Shown here in pieces: positions 61,677 to 64,000 of a DNA stretch of 64,000 bases. The DNA is taken from positions 7,757 to 71,756 of the forward strand of contig CACYQU010000006.1 of NCBI GenBank assembly GCA_902776615.1. The letters are read 5' to 3'. The number at the start of each line of letters is the position of its first letter. Within the stretch, counting starts at the first letter, position 1. The translations under genes were made by a program, and so were the position numbers. This stretch comes from an uncultured bacterium (GTDB lineage: Bacteria > Verrucomicrobiota > Kiritimatiellia > RFP12 > UBA1067). The notes beneath the pieces are model-generated. The model did no database searches, was not told the origin of the DNA, and saw only the letters and a program-made list of their open reading frames with translations.

Positions 61677-62878
61677 TTGAACAGTCCCTTTAATATTCTT
61701 TCGAATCCGAAAACGGACTTTTCGGCGTAGTTGTGATGGGCGTATGCGAGCGCGCCGGCGATGGCCGCGAATGCGGCGGGGTTCGCCTCCTCGTCGAGTC
61801 CGTCGACGTAGATGGGCCTGCCTTTCCTGACGCTCATGCCGAGTTCGCGGCGGACGAGTTCGTCAAGGTCGCGCATGATCGCCCCGCCGCCTGTCAGCAC
61901 CACGCCGGCGTGCAGGCGATGGAGAAGGTCCTGCTCTTCAAGAGTCTCGCGAATCATGGCGAACAGTTCGCGCAGACGCGCGTTCACCACGGTGTCCAAC
62001 GCTACGCGCGACACTGTTCGGGATTCGAGAAGGGGCGAAGAGCCGGGTATCTTGACTCGTGCAGAAGCGGTTTCGGTCTTGCCGATTAGCGCCGACGCCT
62101 CGTTCTTCTTCAGATTCTCGGCCTGCGCCTGGGTCGTCTGGAACGCATGGGCTATGTCGTTTGTCACATGGTCGCCCCCCACGCCGATGACTCCTGCCGC
62201 GACGAGATAGCCGTCGCAGTATGCCGCATAGCCTGTGGAGCCTCCGCCAAGATCGAGCACAAGCGCGCCGTTTTTGCGCTCGTGCTCCTCCAGCACGGCC
62301 TCGGCCGCGCATGTCGTGGCGAAGAGGGGTTCGCGTATTTCGAGGTGTGCGCCGTCCGCGGCGGTTCTTGCGTCTTCGACGCGGTTTTTGTCGGCGTGGA
62401 TGTTCAGGGTGTCGAGCTTCAGTATCCGGCCTGTCATGCCGACAGGCGCCGAGATGCCGCCGAGATTGTCCAGCCCGTAGGCCTGGTCTGCAATGTCCAG
62501 CAGCTCGCGGTCTCTTGGCAGCGCCATCGACCTGGCGGACTCCGACACTTCCGCCAGATCGGTCTCCGTCACGCGTCCGTCGACGAGCGTGGAACCGGTG
62601 AACGGGTCGGCTTTTATGTGCTGGCCCGACACTACGAGGAATGCGTTTCCGATTGTTAGCTTGGTGCCCGCCTCTGATTGCTTGCGTTCGATTTCATGCA
62701 GCACGCCTTTCACGGACTGCGTCACTTGGTTGATGTCCAGTATCTGGCTTTTGCGTACGCCTGCGGACGGTATCTCGGCATGGCAAGTCACGCGCAGCCT
62801 TTCGCCGGTTTCGGCCTCTCCGACAGCGAGCACGGTCTTCGTGGTGCCGATTTCAAGAGCGGCGTATATGTTGCTCAT
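61673..62878 (-). CDS. ftsA: cell division protein FtsA
   Basis: Start trimmed to MSNIYAALEIGTTKTVLAVGE (ATG 62878, ATGA overlap with the ftsQ stop). Actin-fold phosphate motifs include LVLDLGGGSTGYA. Confidence 0.9.
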   Translation of the reverse strand: MSNIYAALEIGTTKTVLAVGEAETGERLRVTCHAEIPSAGVRKSQILDINQVTQSVKGVLHEIERKQSEAGTKLTIGNAFLVVSGQHIKADPFTGSTLVDGRVTETDLAEVSESARSMALPRDRELLDIADQAYGLDNLGGISAPVGMTGRILKLDTLNIHADKNRVEDARTAADGAHLEIREPLFATTCAAEAVLEEHERKNGALVLDLGGGSTGYAAYCDGYLVAAGVIGVGGDHVTNDIAHAFQTTQAQAENLKKNEASALIGKTETASARVKIPGSSPLLESRTVSRVALDTVVNARLRELFAMIRETLEEQDLLHRLHAGVVLTGGGAIMRDLDELVRRELGMSVRKGRPIYVDGLDEEANPAAFAAIAGALAYAHHNYAEKSVFGFERILKGLFK

Positions 62879-63708
62879 CGAATGATCTCCTTCTTGTCGG
62901 CGTAGATGTTGTTGGGATTGTCGAGGTCTCTGGCGTTCCACACCTTTGTGCCTGCGCCCAGCTCGCTGCGCATGGCGTCTCTCAGGTTCGCGAGCCGATG
63001 CATCAGGTCGCCGCGCGTGGCGTCCGTCGGATTCTCCAGCCCCGTCCATGCTATCTTCGCCGTCGAGTAGTCGCGGCCGAGGGTGGCCGTCAGATAGTCC
63101 GGCTTGGATATGTCCACCTCCAGTACGGCGAGTTCCTGGAGGTCGGGCTCGCGGCATGCCTCGATGAACCGCAGCGCGCCGAGGGCGCGTCCCTTCAGTT
63201 GCTTCCCTGGCTGGGTGCCCGGCGCCTGCCCCTCGCGTATCACCGGCAGCAGGCCCGTGCCTCGCCTGCACTGGAACACGACGCCGTCCGTGTCGACGAC
63301 CTTTCCCGTATCGCCTTTGTGCCCTCGCACGTTCATCCTCGCGACGGGTTCGCGCTCCTCTATGGATATCTCCACTCGGTTCGGCAGATGGCGCGTTATG
63401 GAAATGTCGCGTATCGCCGGATAGCGCGACAGCACCTCTGCGCGGCGCGCGGCGAAGTCTATTTCCGCGAGGTTCGCGCCTTTGCGCAGACCGAGCGCGT
63501 CGGCCACCACGTCGCCTTTCACGAGCTTGCCGTCGTGAACCGTCACCTGCACCGCGACATCCTCAAGCACGCATTGCTCGTGCCACAGTTCTTTCAGCGA
63601 CGCGTATGCGAAGGCAACGGCCGCGCCCGCCGCCGCGAGCAGCACGATCGCGACGGCAACCAATGCGCCGCGGCCTCCGGACTTCTTCTCGACAGAGTTC
63701 TTCTTCAT
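62875..63708 (-). CDS. ftsQ: cell division protein FtsQ (POTRA domain)
   Basis: N-terminal TM (ALVAVAIVLLAAAGAAVAFAYA), then a POTRA-like V.V.G......DV....GL..G.NL..ID......L...P.I....I.R..P..V.I.I.ER.PVA. Confidence 0.8.
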   Translation of the reverse strand: MKKNSVEKKSGGRGALVAVAIVLLAAAGAAVAFAYASLKELWHEQCVLEDVAVQVTVHDGKLVKGDVVADALGLRKGANLAEIDFAARRAEVLSRYPAIRDISITRHLPNRVEISIEEREPVARMNVRGHKGDTGKVVDTDGVVFQCRRGTGLLPVIREGQAPGTQPGKQLKGRALGALRFIEACREPDLQELAVLEVDISKPDYLTATLGRDYSTAKIAWTGLENPTDATRGDLMHRLANLRDAMRSELGAGTKVWNARDLDNPNNIYADKKEIIR

Positions 63709-63710
63709 GT

Positions 63711-64000
63711 CAGTCGTGCCTCGCCGATTGCAGTATGCGCTCGCAGACGCCGGCGAACGAAAGACCGGTCTTCATCCCGGCCTTGGGCACCAGCGAGTGG
63801 GATGTGAACCCGGGCGAAGTGTTGAGCTCCAGCACGTAGCACCTGCCTACCGGCGAAACGCGGAAATCCACCCGTGTCACGCCGCGGCATCCGAGCGCGT
63901 TGTATGCGTCGATGGCGATTTTCTGCAGCTTCCCGGCGGGGCAGCCGGGTATCTCCTTCGAGCCGTCCTCGCCGTAGAAGGGATATCTCGTCTCGCTGGA
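63711..64000 (-). CDS. ddl: D-alanine--D-alanine ligase, C-terminal ~96 codons (partial; not in the ORF track)
   Basis: Manual minus-strand translation gives ...AYNALGCRGVTRVDFRVSPVGRCYVLELNTSPGFTSHSLVPKAGMKTGLSFAGVCERILQSARHD-stop, the Ddl C-terminal signature. The stop lies 2 nt before the ftsQ start. Confidence 0.85.

Noticed and set aside
62879-63271. N-terminal extension of the ftsA ORF (532-aa version)
   Set aside because: It is an Arg/Gly/Pro-rich stretch overlapping ftsQ. The typical FtsA start MSNIYAALEIGTTK forms an ATGA junction with the ftsQ stop.
63705-63890. 61-aa minus-strand track ORF at the right edge
   Set aside because: It is in the wrong frame. The neighbouring minus frame gives the unmistakable Ddl C-terminus (RVDFR...YVLELNTSPGFT...), which runs off the window and so is missing from the track.

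Overview
GC-rich (judged by eye, not computed) bacterial chromosomal window. A divergent FtsZ closing a ddl-ftsQ-ftsA-ftsZ block, a BspA-type LRR giant, LamG proteins with the YL..KWG motif and many Tat-signal periplasmic hydrolases suggest a PVC-superphylum organism (Lentisphaerota/Kiritimatiellota/Verrucomicrobiota-like); this is inference only. Housekeeping content: rpmE 3' end, prfA, a tRNA-Gly/Leu/Ser cluster, ssrA (tmRNA), rlmN, pheT, gpmI, prmA, rpoN, divergent tRNA-Met/tRNA-Cys, mutL, ftsZ, ftsA, ftsQ and ddl (partial). Accessory content: (1) a DUF4160/DUF2442 pair. (2) A 2195-aa LRR surface protein whose last ~100 codons sit in another frame. (3) A 1.8-kb gene-free segment with three unrelated phase-exact tandem arrays (22, 22 and 23 bp), a 17-bp-TIR hairpin element, a bidirectional terminator and an AT-rich patch. 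(4) An ECF sigma factor fused through one TM helix to a duplicated extracytoplasmic module, followed by a triple-LamG protein split by a 1-nt frameshift. Both of these, and a third LamG protein 28 kb away, end in the same 8-residue tail, [PF]-G-[LM]-M-[IM]-[IV]-[VF]-[WRK]-stop. (5) Two same-strand loci that each combine paralogous FAD-oxidoreductases and Tat-metallophosphoesterases with glycerol-phosphate enzymes. (6) umuDC next to a 1.5-kb two-gene cassette bounded by a duplicated tmRNA 3' end. (7) A NarL-type two-component system with a 7-2-7 palindrome in its divergent promoter region. The most interesting items are the tandem-array segment and the membrane-tethered sigma / shared C-terminal tail module. 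All calls come from reading the sequence and ORF translations and recognising motifs; no database search, HMM, folding or alignment program was run. Most long ORFs opposite the called genes are treated as GC-rich antisense artefacts.
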